Shown here: positions 50,594-60,754 of the stretch, piece by piece
How the letters are laid out: each line of letters begins with the position of its first letter
How positions within the stretch are numbered: position 1 is the first letter of the stretch
NCBI GenBank assembly: GCA_963666285.1
Contig: OY762711.1
Source of the DNA: Sedimentisphaerales bacterium
Lineage (GTDB): Bacteria; Planctomycetota; Phycisphaerae; Sedimentisphaerales; SM23-30
Direction: 5' to 3' (one strand)
Length of the DNA stretch: 64,000 nucleotides
Notes under the pieces: generated by a model
Seen by the model: the letters and a program-made list of their open reading frames with translations, nothing else
Told to the model about the DNA's origin: nothing
Databases searched by the model: none
Translations under genes and position numbers: made by a program

Positions 50594-51034
50594 TTATTCA
50601 AAAGAGCCGGTAACCTGGCTCTTTTTTTTGTTGGAAGCAAAGGCATCTCTGGTGTGCCTGATTTCTGGCTGAGATTCGGGTGTTAGGATGACCGCGACAA
50701 TATCATAGCGGCAGGGGTGTTTATGCAGTTTATAGCGATTTATGAAATGTCGGGCAGTTTTGATGAGCATTTTTTGCTTATCACGATCAACGGCAGTTTC
50801 TGCGGGATATAAGCCTTCATTGGTACGGGTTTTAACTTCGACGAATACCAGGTCGTGACCGTCCTGCATGACCAGGTCGAGTTCACCTTTGCCGCTGCGG
50901 AAGTTTTTCTTAAGCAGTCGCATTTTCTGTTTACGAAGGTATTTGAGAGCGAGTTTTTCGCCTTTGATGCCAGTTTGGAGATGTTTTGGCTTTTGATGCA
51001 GTATAAATAAGAATTTGGACCATAGTTTGAACAT
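50594..51034 (-). CDS. yraN: YraN/UPF0102 family protein
   Basis: GIKGEKLA, NFRSGKGELDLV, LVFVEVKTR, CRYDIVAV. Confidence 0.9.
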   Translation of the reverse strand: MFKLWSKFLFILHQKPKHLQTGIKGEKLALKYLRKQKMRLLKKNFRSGKGELDLVMQDGHDLVFVEVKTRTNEGLYPAETAVDRDKQKMLIKTARHFINRYKLHKHPCRYDIVAVILTPESQPEIRHTRDAFASNKKKSQVTGSFE

Positions 51035-51037
51035 GAT

Positions 51038-52618
51038 TTAACGTCCAGCTTTTTTGGCAGAAGCTTCCATAAGAATAAAAAATGCCTGACCTTCGGTGGA
51101 GATGCCGGGTTTATTAAATGATGGGGCACCGGCAACACCCTGTACAAATCCTAACCGGTCAATTTTGGTTCTGACAGCATTTCGCATTTTGTCTGCATGA
51201 TGAAGGTAGGAAGTTGGCAGCCAGCCGCCTCGTACACTTTCATAGATAGCATATGCGAGCATTGATGCCAAGTTGGTCTCTACATAGGTAGAAGGATCAT
51301 TAACGTAATCGTGGAAGAGCCCATCTTCGCGTTGATAGGAGATACAGCTATCGACCAGATCCTTTAGCATGGCTGAAAGTTTGACTCTTTCAGCTACATG
51401 TTCAGGCGGAAGAGAGCGTATGACCTGTGTGATACCTGCTGCCGTCCAGCCGCAGCCGCCACCCCAGAATGCCGGATCGGTCATTTTGTCTTGTTTTTCA
51501 GACCAGCGATGATGCATAAGCTTTTTGTCATTGTCCCATAGCCTTTGATGAACGCCTAATAGATGAGTGACAGCAGTGTCATATTTATGGGCAGCAGCAA
51601 GAAAAGGGGGAGAAGTAAAGCTGCCGTCTGACCAGAACTCTTTTTGATCCGGCTGATGATACGGAGTACCGTCATTAGATCTGGAAGCGTCATTGATTGC
51701 ATACCTAAGCATGTCGTTAGTGGCTTGAAGTAATAATGGATATTGTGTATGTTGTGCTGCCCACCAGAGAGTGCCGCCAAGCATAAGCGGGTCGGTTGGA
51801 GAACCGCCATTGGCTGCCGGTACATTATGGCTGTTTACATGAACAAGTGAAGACCGTGCCAAAGCGATAGCAGCGTCAAGTTCGCCGGCTTCTATAAGTG
51901 CCTGTCCGGCGATTCCCTGTTCCCATGAAGCACGCTGAAATCCCATCATCGCTTGAAAAGCCTTGTCGATAATCGGATTGTTACGCAGTTCGCGGGCAAA
52001 TTGCGGGGCGGCAACATATTCGAATTCCGGAGCATAACGTCCCCAGGCTTCAAATTCGCAAAGAGCACACCATTTATCTTCTACTGGTTTGAGCTCAGTA
52101 AGAAGCAGCCATCGAATAATTTTTTTAGGGAAAGTAAACTGCTGGCCGGATGCTGTTTGATTGAGCTTTAACTGTAAGCGTGATCCATCAGAAAAAATAA
52201 CAACCGCATCATTCCAAAAAGAGTCATGCGGATTGTCAGGCGGGAACCAAGCAGCACGGAGATAAAGTACTATTTTGTCAATTTCAACAGGGCGGCCAAA
52301 GTCAAGTTTCCACCATATGTCAGGGGCTTTTTGAGGCCCCCAGGATCCGCACTGGTGTACGCTATCATTTTTAGGGCTGCCGTCAATGGCGCAACGAGCG
52401 GCGAATTCAGCTTTATTATATTCACTGTTGCTGGTTGCATGAGGGAACGAAGAAGGCTCGGCCTGGTTTGAAGCGTTAGGGTTTAAGGCAAGGTTGCGGT
52501 AATCATTGAGCAGAATTATATTATTCTGATTTTCTGAAATGTTTGCTGAGCTGTTTGCGGTAGCGATGCTATATGTAGAAAGAAATAATATAGTCAGGAT
52601 TGTACTAAAATAATTCAT
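51038..52618 (-). CDS. GH88/GH105-like unsaturated uronyl hydrolase with N-terminal discoidin-like domain
   Basis: Signal peptide; WWKLDFGRPVEIDKI; SWEQG, FWSDG, FWGGGCGW, YVETN. Confidence 0.72.
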   Translation of the reverse strand: MNYFSTILTILFLSTYSIATANSSANISENQNNIILLNDYRNLALNPNASNQAEPSSFPHATSNSEYNKAEFAARCAIDGSPKNDSVHQCGSWGPQKAPDIWWKLDFGRPVEIDKIVLYLRAAWFPPDNPHDSFWNDAVVIFSDGSRLQLKLNQTASGQQFTFPKKIIRWLLLTELKPVEDKWCALCEFEAWGRYAPEFEYVAAPQFARELRNNPIIDKAFQAMMGFQRASWEQGIAGQALIEAGELDAAIALARSSLVHVNSHNVPAANGGSPTDPLMLGGTLWWAAQHTQYPLLLQATNDMLRYAINDASRSNDGTPYHQPDQKEFWSDGSFTSPPFLAAAHKYDTAVTHLLGVHQRLWDNDKKLMHHRWSEKQDKMTDPAFWGGGCGWTAAGITQVIRSLPPEHVAERVKLSAMLKDLVDSCISYQREDGLFHDYVNDPSTYVETNLASMLAYAIYESVRGGWLPTSYLHHADKMRNAVRTKIDRLGFVQGVAGAPSFNKPGISTEGQAFFILMEASAKKAGR

Positions 52619-52701
52619 GAGGCACTATATTCCTTTGAAACGATACGAATCTTAGTGAACCATAATTACAATAGTAAGTGTGAAAAGCCGGCGAGTCAAA
52701 T

Positions 52702-52731
52702 AAAAAAAGGATGGAAACAAGTTCCATCCTT
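52702..52731 (-). terminator. Intrinsic terminator of the ffh-rplS operon
   Basis: AAGGATGGAA-acaag-TTCCATCCTT with an A-run giving a minus-strand U-tract. Confidence 0.75.
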
Positions 52732-52831
52732 AATATTGATATCATATCTTTGATCGAGGAGAGCGCAGTATCTGCGCAAGATCATTATGTAGGTATGCCT
52801 CAATAGTAAATCGGCATACGATAAATGATCA

Positions 52832-53188
52832 TTAGCGTCTGTCTTCGCGAAGACGAACAGCTTTACCAACACGATCGCGCAGGAAGTAAAGCTTAGCTCT
52901 GCGAGTTCTACCGGAGCGAATAACTTCAACTTTCTCAACGTTTGGAGAATAGATAGGGAAGATACGCTCGATACCTTCGTTATTGGTATTAGTGATACGT
53001 CTTACAGTGAACACTTCGTTAATGCCTGAGCCTTTACGAGATATAACAGTGCCGTTGAAAAGCTGGGTACGAACCTTTTCACCTTCAACTATACGCACAT
53101 GCACATTAACAGTGTCACCGATATCAAACTGATGTTTTTCGCGTTTGATCTGGCCCTGCTCAAATTTTGCAATTAATGGTGATGTCAT
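52832..53188 (-). CDS. rplS: 50S ribosomal protein L19
   Basis: GDTVNVHVRIVEG, FTVRR, GIERIFP..SP, RRAKLYFLR; ATG at 53188 after AGGAG. Confidence 0.96.
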   Translation of the reverse strand: MTSPLIAKFEQGQIKREKHQFDIGDTVNVHVRIVEGEKVRTQLFNGTVISRKGSGINEVFTVRRITNTNNEGIERIFPIYSPNVEKVEVIRSGRTRRAKLYFLRDRVGKAVRLREDRR

Positions 53189-53226
53189 TTTTTTACTCCT
53201 TGCCAAAGGGCAATATCAATAAGTTG

Positions 53227-53922
53227 TTATTTTAAATTGTCAATATCATTTAATAAGTCAGGCCGTCGCTGTTTAGTTCTGTCCAGTCTCTGGTTATGCC
53301 TCCATTTTTCAATTTCGGCATGGTTACCGCTAAGCAAAATATCCGGTACCTTGCGGCCTCTAAAATCCGCGGGCCTGGTATATTGCGGATATTCAAGAAG
53401 CCCATCGGAAAAAGATTCTTCAACAGAAGAACAGTCATCTCCTAGAGCTCCCGGCATCAGCCTGGTAACAGCGTCGACAATCGTCATTGCCGGAAGTTCA
53501 CCGCCGGAAAGAACAAAGTCACCAATGGATAATTCCATTGTAGCCAATTCTGTCCTGATCCGCTCATCAAAGCCTTCATAATGGCCGGCGATGAGAATAA
53601 TGCGTTTTTTCTTGCTGAATTCAAATGCAGTTTCCTGATTGAATTTTTTTCCTTGCGGAGTCATGAGAACTATTTCGTCAGCCGGTTCGCCTTGAGATTG
53701 TAAATCGTCAATAGCTTTGAAAATCGGCTCACACATCAGCACCATGCCAGGTCCTCCGCCGTAAGGGGCATCATCAACTTTACGATAATTTCCTTCGGCG
53801 TAGTCACGTATATTGGTAAAAAAAATCTCAACAAGTGCGTTATCACGTGCACGTTTGATAATCGATTCACCAAAAGGACCTTCAAACATTGAAGGAAATA
53901 AAGTGACTATGTCAAATCGCAT
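53227..53922 (-). CDS. trmD: tRNA (guanine37-N1)-methyltransferase
   Basis: [43 protein letters not shown]. Confidence 0.97.
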   Translation of the reverse strand: MRFDIVTLFPSMFEGPFGESIIKRARDNALVEIFFTNIRDYAEGNYRKVDDAPYGGGPGMVLMCEPIFKAIDDLQSQGEPADEIVLMTPQGKKFNQETAFEFSKKKRIILIAGHYEGFDERIRTELATMELSIGDFVLSGGELPAMTIVDAVTRLMPGALGDDCSSVEESFSDGLLEYPQYTRPADFRGRKVPDILLSGNHAEIEKWRHNQRLDRTKQRRPDLLNDIDNLK

Positions 53923-53954
53923 TATTACAGCAATCTATCGATAAAAGTGCTAGT

Positions 53955-54206
53955 TTAGTTTTTAGTGATGCCAGCTTTTTTCAGCATATTTGCAACAGTA
54001 TCAGTTGCAATAGCACCCTGGCTCAGCCAATGGCGTATACGATCTTCTTTCAGAACCAACTGTCTGGAAGATTCTTTAGCAATTGGGTTATAGTAGCCAA
54101 CTTCTTCGATGACCTTGCCGTCACGAGGGCTGCGAGAGTCCATTACGCTAACGCGGTAGAAGGGGGCATGCCTTCTGCCCATTCTTTTAAGTCTGATCTT
54201 TACCAA
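53955..54206 (-). CDS. rpsP: 30S ribosomal protein S16
   Basis: [29 protein letters not shown] start after AAGGAG. Confidence 0.96.
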   Translation of the reverse strand: MVKIRLKRMGRRHAPFYRVSVMDSRSPRDGKVIEEVGYYNPIAKESSRQLVLKEDRIRHWLSQGAIATDTVANMLKKAGITKN

Positions 54207-54242
54207 GTTTTAATCTCCTTAAAACTATTTATTTGTTACTTT

Positions 54243-54563
54243 TTATACCTGGCTGTTTTTTCTAGCCAGTACAAATCCGTTTATAAGAATCGCCGCAATG
54301 CCGCGGTCACATTGTGCCCTTGAGGCGATATCTTCAATATCATTATCGTCAAGCAGTTCAGGTCTGGCTTTTTCACTATCAGCCATTACCTCTGCGATTC
54401 TGCAAAGCTGATGGTACTCTTCTTCGGTCGGAGCTTTTAGCATGGCAAGTTCAGCGGTTCCTCGTGTGTCACGAAACTGATTTCTAAACTGCATGCCGAA
54501 TCTGCTTTGTCGGAAACGACCAATCTGGTCAAGAAACATCTCGATTGTCAGGTCTGATTCCAT
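54243..54563 (-). CDS. Hypothetical protein; stand-alone paralogue of the Ffh M domain
   Basis: Aligns by eye with the adjacent Ffh: LTIEMFLDQI versus [10 protein letters not shown], plus a 55-residue ungapped block keeping M...E...P...IA...L...F. Confidence 0.7.
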   Translation of the reverse strand: MESDLTIEMFLDQIGRFRQSRFGMQFRNQFRDTRGTAELAMLKAPTEEEYHQLCRIAEVMADSEKARPELLDDNDIEDIASRAQCDRGIAAILINGFVLARKNSQV

Positions 54564-54628
54564 TTTAATTAACTATTCAGTTTTGACTATTTCACTTCAA
54601 GTCTGCAAGTTAAGTCAAGGCTTGAAGA

Positions 54629-56104
54629 TTACCTTTTTTTGTTCTTTTTAGGCCTCTTTTTGCGTTCGACTTTTTTCCGTTTAGAACGCTGTCGGACTTT
54701 TCCGCCGGGGCCGCCCATCCCTAAGCCAGGCATTCCACCCATATCACCAAGGTCACCCATGTCGCCGCCCATAGCACCACCAAGCCCTTTTAGAGCTTTC
54801 ATTTTGCCAAGTGGTCCCATGCCGCTCATCATCTGCATCATCTGGCGTGACTGTCGGAAAGTTTTAAGAAGCCCGGCAACCTCATTTTGTTCACTACCGC
54901 TTCCAGCAGCGATACGTCTACGTCTGGAAGGAGAGATAATGTCCGGTTCTCGTCGTTCTTCTTTGGTCATTGACTGAATCATAGCTTCTATGCGTTTGAT
55001 TTCTCTATCGTCAATGTCGATATTTTTCATTGCCTGCCCCATTCCAGGCAGAAGTTTCATAATACTTTTAAGACCGCCCATGTTTTTCATAGCATTCATC
55101 TGTTTCAGGAAATCGTCAAAGGTAAATGTCCCTTTGGCCATTTTTTCCTGAAGTTTGAGCGATTCTTCTTCGTCGAACTGTTCCTGAGCCTTTTCCACCA
55201 GGCTGACAACATCACCCATGCCAAGGATTCTGCCGGCCATTCTATCAGGATGGAATTCTTCCAGGTTATCAAGTTTTTCACCGACACCAATATATTTGAT
55301 CGGTTTGCCGGTAACGGCTTTTACGCTAAGAGCAGCACCGCCACGAGCATCACCATCAAGTTTGGTAAGAATAACGCCGTCAAGTTCCAGCTGTTCGTTG
55401 AATTCCTTGGCACTGTTGACAGCGTCCTGACCAGTCATGGCATCACAGACGAGGAAAATCTGGTGCGGATTGACGGCCTTACATATATTGCCCAGCTCGG
55501 TCATAAGCTCTGTGTCAATATGCAGACGACCGGCGGTATCGAGTATAACTACATCTCGATTTTGATCTTTAGCATGTTTGACAGCATCTTTGCAAACTGC
55601 AACAGCGTCTTTTGTGTCTTCTCGGCTAAAAACCGGAATATTGAGCTGGTTGCCAAGAGTTTTTAACTGTTGTATAGCAGCAGGTCGCTGCAGGTCGACA
55701 GCGGTAAGTAAAGGTTTTTTTCCTTTTTTGACAAGGAAGTTTGCCAATTTTCCACAAGTAGTAGTTTTACCACTACCTTGCAAACCAGCAAGCATGATGA
55801 CGGTAGGGCCGGGAGAGACATAATATATCTCGTTATCGACAGGCCCCATCAATTCGGTAAGTTCGTCGTTTACAATTTTAACCATCAACTCGCCCGGTTT
55901 TAGCGACTTGATGACTTCGGCGCCTATTGCTTTTTGGGAGACAGTTTCACAGAAGTCTTTAACTACCTTATAGTTAACGTCAGCTTCCAGCAATGCGGTA
56001 CGCACTTCTTTCATTGCGTCCCGGACATTATCCTCGCTGATTTTTCCACGACCGCTGAGGCCGCGAAATACATTGCCAAATTTTTCTGTTAAAGCGTCAA
56101 ACAC
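54629..56104 (-). CDS. ffh: Signal recognition particle protein Ffh
   Basis: [39 protein letters not shown] domain with [10 protein letters not shown]. Confidence 0.97.
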   Translation of the reverse strand: MFDALTEKFGNVFRGLSGRGKISEDNVRDAMKEVRTALLEADVNYKVVKDFCETVSQKAIGAEVIKSLKPGELMVKIVNDELTELMGPVDNEIYYVSPGPTVIMLAGLQGSGKTTTCGKLANFLVKKGKKPLLTAVDLQRPAAIQQLKTLGNQLNIPVFSREDTKDAVAVCKDAVKHAKDQNRDVVILDTAGRLHIDTELMTELGNICKAVNPHQIFLVCDAMTGQDAVNSAKEFNEQLELDGVILTKLDGDARGGAALSVKAVTGKPIKYIGVGEKLDNLEEFHPDRMAGRILGMGDVVSLVEKAQEQFDEEESLKLQEKMAKGTFTFDDFLKQMNAMKNMGGLKSIMKLLPGMGQAMKNIDIDDREIKRIEAMIQSMTKEERREPDIISPSRRRRIAAGSGSEQNEVAGLLKTFRQSRQMMQMMSGMGPLGKMKALKGLGGAMGGDMGDLGDMGGMPGLGMGGPGGKVRQRSKRKKVERKKRPKKNKKR

Positions 56105-57068
56105 TTACTCTTGCTCCATTTATATAACTATAAGCGCACAATCTATCCGCAGGGATAGAACAGCAAATGATACAGAAAAACAAAGTACAAATCAAGAGGA
56201 AAAGATAACTTATATGATAAAAGTCAATAAAATTGACCGTCGGCCAATATTGTAAAATAAATATTGTGTGATCTAAAGAATAAATGTGAAAAAAAACAGA
56301 TTTGAAATCTGAAAACCCGACTAAGGTAAAGAATTAAATGGAAGCCTACTTCAATTTAAGGAGTTTACCTTAGCGAATTTGTGCCGATTTTACTACTTAG
56401 AAAAAGATGTTTGTGTAATATATAAAAAATAGGGAAACTAGTTGTTTGAGGCTAAAAATGAGGTAAAAATCTGTTTTTTGTTCTGTTTGGCATAAGTCTT
56501 TTATTTACATAGTAATATGAGTTGTTGAATTCAAAGTGAAAGGATCTGGTATGTAAGATACAAGCTTTGGAAGTTTTAATTTACCTATCCAGTATATCTT
56601 ATAAATATCTGTCATATATGTTTTTATAGGATGTTGTTGTTTGCGGAAGGTCGCAAAAGTAAATTCATTATTGCTCTCTAATGCATTATTAATAACAAGT
56701 GCAGGTCCTATAAATGTTTTGGTGTTGGAAATTAATATGCTTTTAATATTGACAATATTAGAGTTTTGTGTTAAATATATGTTGGTTTTACTATATAAGA
56801 GAATTATTTGCAGTGAGTGCACCCTCTTATATGTATTGAGAATACAGTCTCTTGCTTTTGCTTGAGGCCGAGTAAAGAACAGGGCAGAAAACTTTGATTG
56901 ATATGGTGGAAGTCTATTAGAGTGTTGTGGCCTTTTTCTTTGCTGACTATATTTATTTGGTTTTTGCCTGTACTATGGCCAGGCATTACAGCTATATAAG
57001 ATAGTTAAAGTTTGATAATTATATGGCCTAAAACACATGTTGGTGGCTATACTTAAAATAGGTTAAGA

Positions 57069-57863
57069 ATGAGAAAACTTTTTTTGACAATTTTAATTGT
57101 ACTATATTTTAGTGCAAATTCTTCAGCTAACATCACTTATGTGAGTGATTCGGTTTTTGGGGAAGATTCAATTATAAGTCAGAAGGAAGTGTCTGATAAA
57201 TTTGGTGTAGATGATGAATTTCTTTACCCCCACAGTTTATCAGTTACTTCATTGTTTCCTGGAAATAATCTAAATGTTTATTTAGAAAGAGTTACCGCCG
57301 GTTCTGATTGTGTTGAATTTGGTAGTGCTGCGGTTCCATTTAATTATGGCAGTGTGAATAGAATATATGACATAAGTAAGGATTTGCTTATGTTTGGTGA
57401 TTCTGCTTATGTAAAAGCAGAAGAAGTGTTATATCTTTCGAAGAATGAAATAAGCCATAAAAGATTTCAACTTTCTGCAGGGCCGGGTGCATTGGCATTA
57501 TTTATTACTGGTATTGCATGTTATTTTGTACTTGTGAACATTAAGTGGATATTCTCTGCTATCGCTTTTGGTCTCATGTTTGGGATTACAGGTGTTAAGC
57601 GTGTTCCTTATTATTTGCGATCATGCTATGGCGAGTTTGCCGGTAAAGTTTTGAATAAAAATGCAGTATTTTCAGGTTTAGTATTTGAAGGTGTCGTGCA
57701 TAGTATTCATTCAGTTGAAACAGGTTTTGCCGGGCTATTGAAAAAAATAGCTTCAAAATCGGGTTTTATTGGGAATGGAAATTCAAGAAATCAAGATAAT
57801 AATAATCTTAATTGGTATGAGATACTGACGCGTCAAATGTTCGTCATTGGTGCGTCTTTTTAA
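57069..57863 (+). CDS. Hypothetical exported membrane protein with an internal PEP-CTERM-like motif
   Basis: Signal peptide; LSAGPGALALFITG followed by a second hydrophobic helix and a tail of about 85 aa. Confidence 0.6.
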   Translation: MRKLFLTILIVLYFSANSSANITYVSDSVFGEDSIISQKEVSDKFGVDDEFLYPHSLSVTSLFPGNNLNVYLERVTAGSDCVEFGSAAVPFNYGSVNRIYDISKDLLMFGDSAYVKAEEVLYLSKNEISHKRFQLSAGPGALALFITGIACYFVLVNIKWIFSAIAFGLMFGITGVKRVPYYLRSCYGEFAGKVLNKNAVFSGLVFEGVVHSIHSVETGFAGLLKKIASKSGFIGNGNSRNQDNNNLNWYEILTRQMFVIGASF

Positions 57864-58195
57864 TGCGCTTTGAAAAGTTAATATTGAATAAAGGAGAATT
57901 GTTATGCCTGAAAAGGGGTATCTTAGAAATAATTTTCATGGATATAGCCAGGTTTGTTATTTCTAAATGTCAGGCATCAGGCTGCTTCCGACTGGCAGTG
58001 ATATAGAAGCATATTTTTTAAAAAAGAATATGCTTGATAGATTTAGAAGAGAAAGAGAATAAATAAATTGAACCAATCAGGTTTTCCTGAGTCATTTATT
58101 GAGTTTATTGAGTTTTTCAAACTTAATATATAAGGTCGGCAACTTTCTTTTCTTTAGCTTTTGTTGCTGTTGAGATTTTAGAGCTACAAAAGAAA
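57864..58195 (+). ncRNA. Candidate structured 5' leader, copy 1
   Basis: Blocks TTTGAAAAGTTAATA, AGGCTGCTTCCGACTGGCAGT, GGTCGGCAA and CTTTTGT..ACAAAAG are shared in order with 60398-60680. Confidence 0.55.
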
Positions 58196-58294
58196 AAATA
58201 TAACGTTTCGGAATATAATTTGTGTCCTTTTAATTCTCAAAACGAGTGTTTTGGGAGAAAACAATTTATTGATTTTATTAAAGGAGATTTTATT

Positions 58295-58930
58295 ATGAGG
58301 AAGTTTTTAATTTTGGCAATGATATTTGCCGTAAGCACTGTAGCAAGTGCCAGTTTTACTTACACTTATAGTGAATTGTCAAGCTTGGTATTTACCGATC
58401 AGGCGTTATCTCTCACAGGTTTTGATCTGAAAACAAGTGCGGATCTAGCTCCTTTAGTAGGTAGTAGTGCTCCAACGTATCAAGACGATACAGCAATGAC
58501 TGGCCAGTATGGTTATTATTCTGGCCTCCTTGACAATGGTTCGACATCAGACCCTGACGCGCAATATGCTACAATTGGTACTAATGTAACTGTGGCCGAT
58601 TCATTATTCACATTGAGTGTTTTCAATGATAATGATGATCTTTGGGGTTACATGCTTTATGCGACTGATGGCACAACTTTAGTTAAAAATGCTGATTTTG
58701 TGTGGGTTGCTGGAAATGGAACAACTACTGTCCCTTCTCCAGGTACTGTACTTACCCTTGATCTTTCATCTTTTGCGGTAAATGCTAATGTAGAGATAGG
58801 TCTTGCAATTGCAGCAGGCGCTGATTCCGATGTATTCCATACATCTATGACTGTTCCAGCTCCAGGTGCGATTCTTCTTGCGGGTATTGGCACTAGTCTT
58901 GTTGGATTAGTTCGTCGTCGTACACTGTAA
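58295..58930 (+). CDS. PEP-CTERM-like (VPAPGA) surface protein, family A copy 1
   Basis: ATG at 58295 after AAGGAG; signal peptide; C-terminal VPAPGA-TM-RRR; 211 aa, no Cys. Confidence 0.88.
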   Translation: MRKFLILAMIFAVSTVASASFTYTYSELSSLVFTDQALSLTGFDLKTSADLAPLVGSSAPTYQDDTAMTGQYGYYSGLLDNGSTSDPDAQYATIGTNVTVADSLFTLSVFNDNDDLWGYMLYATDGTTLVKNADFVWVAGNGTTTVPSPGTVLTLDLSSFAVNANVEIGLAIAAGADSDVFHTSMTVPAPGAILLAGIGTSLVGLVRRRTL

Positions 58931-59048
58931 TTTTGTTTTATTTAGTGGGGTGTTTTTCATCTCGCTCTCGATTTTTTTAAATTTCTTTATATATAGTATT
59001 TTATGCTATTTAATTTAGAAATTTTGTGTATTTTAAGGAGAAATAGTT

Positions 59049-59771
59049 ATGAAAAAACTATTACTTATATTGTTAATACTATTTCCCGTACTGGCGACTA
59101 ATGCAGGACTGGACTATAAATTAGGTGATACGTTTCAGGTTATTATTGAAGGGCCAAACTATGATGGTCTTCCTTATAAGGTTGATGATCTTAGAGATGG
59201 TCTAACTGGAATAGATTTTGAGACATTTTGCGTTGAGAGCCTGTCTGGTTCTGACGAACTTTATTGGCCAGGTAGAACCTATTGGGCGACAATTGATAAT
59301 TCTGTTTATTATTCACCTGATCCTGATGGAGTTGTTTATCTGACAGATGATACTCGCAAATTGTATGCAGCTTTTGTTAATGGTTATGATTATACCGGCA
59401 ACGGATATAGTTACAATGCTTTACAAACAGCAATCTGGTATTCTTTGTCAGGTAATAATGATGATAATGCATTAGATGATCCATACGACAAGGTTGCTGA
59501 TACTAATTTAGCATATCAAACCTATTTTGATAACTTGCTTAATAGTATTTCGTCATTTACAACCGGCTATGAACGTGTGAAGGTATTAAATATCTGGGGA
59601 CCTGCTTCTATCAGTGTGACAGGAGCAGCGGATGAATACATATATGATGTAAATCCAGATTTATTTGATCGTCAATCACAACTTGTAATGACGGTTCCAG
59701 CTCCTGGTGCAATATTGTTGGCAGGTGTTGGGACAGCTTTTGTCGGTATTATTCGCCGCCGTTCAATGTGA
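59049..59771 (+). CDS. PEP-CTERM-like (VPAPGA) surface protein, family B copy 1, putative thioester domain
   Basis: Signal peptide; TFCVE, LQTAIW, RQSQL; VPAPGA-TM-RRR. Confidence 0.85.
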   Translation: MKKLLLILLILFPVLATNAGLDYKLGDTFQVIIEGPNYDGLPYKVDDLRDGLTGIDFETFCVESLSGSDELYWPGRTYWATIDNSVYYSPDPDGVVYLTDDTRKLYAAFVNGYDYTGNGYSYNALQTAIWYSLSGNNDDNALDDPYDKVADTNLAYQTYFDNLLNSISSFTTGYERVKVLNIWGPASISVTGAADEYIYDVNPDLFDRQSQLVMTVPAPGAILLAGVGTAFVGIIRRRSM

Positions 59772-60264
59772 GCCTAATAAAATAGTTTTCATATTGAATA
59801 AATAAGTTTTTTTGGAAATGAAGATTTGATTTTGAGACTGATGCACTGTATCAGTCTCTTTTTTTTCGGTATGATTTTAAATTTATATATGGGTTGCGAT
59901 GGTTTAAATCGTAAGCCGATGGTAAGTATATTAGGGCGATGTACGGTAGATAAGGAGAGGTATTGTGTAAGTATGGTTGGCTCTGGAAAAGGGGTGGTAT
60001 GCAGATAAAATACTGTAATTGAATAAGAAATGTTTTGAAAATATAATATATAGCAATAGTATTTCTGAATTTCCGCTTAAATGGGTATGTCAAGTCTGGA
60101 TAGTTTATGATATATTTAACGATTATTTAAGTCGTAGATATTCAAAATAGTCAAAATTTTGCCGATAATTTAGGCAATGTGTAGTGGTTGTATAATTTGC
60201 TAATTATTTCAAAATAGATTTTTTTTTTTTTTTTAGCTTTTGCAAAGTGAAACTGATTTTATCT

Positions 60265-60293
60265 TTGACATGTTCTTTCTTTTTTTATATTAT
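60265..60293 (+). promoter_or_regulatory. Sigma-70 promoter for the second VPAPGA unit
   Basis: TTGACA-17 nt-TATTAT, implying a leader of about 455 nt before ATG 60755. Confidence 0.7.
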
Positions 60294-60397
60294 CTACTAA
60301 GCTTAAATACTAAAAATAGTGTTTCGGCTTTATATTGGCTTTGGAGTATGGAGAAAAAGAGAATTCCCTCCTTAATTACTCCCAAATCAGTAAATAG

Positions 60398-60680
60398 TTT
60401 TATTTGACAAGTAAATATATTAATAGTCTGTTCGAGGTTAACTTAAGATATACTTTTGCCATGAAATAAAATTTCTGGTTTGTCTTAACTGCCAAACAAC
60501 GGGCAAGGCTGCTTCCGGCTGGCGGTCAAGGGATTCGGGCATACAAACTGATGTTTATGTTGTATATATTTAGAACGAGACATGCCTGACAAAAAATTAG
60601 TAATATTTTTATTGTTAGTCGGCAAGTTTCTTTTATTAAGCTTTTGTATAAATATCACATAGTTGATAGAAACAAAAGAG
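60398..60680 (+). ncRNA. Candidate structured 5' leader, copy 2
   Basis: TTTGACAAGTAAATA, AGGCTGCTTCCGGCTGGCGGT, AGTCGGCAA, CTTTTGT..ACAAAAG. Confidence 0.55.
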
Positions 60681-60754
60681 TTTATAGATATTTAAGATTA
60701 GAATTTAATTTTATAATTAACTTACATTTGAGTTAAGAAGGAAAAGGTGAAAAA

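Noticed and set aside
56255..57068. Short AT-rich ORFs between ffh and 57069
   Set aside because: No motifs or RBS; more likely a divergent promoter region.
57979..57999. Minus-strand GGAAGCAGCC matching part of SRP RNA helix 8 near ffh (also at 60506)
   Set aside because: The CAGG-CC-GNRA-GG arrangement and the long enclosing helix are missing, and the pairing-compatible changes favour a plus-strand RNA. No ffs gene was found in 56105-57068 either.
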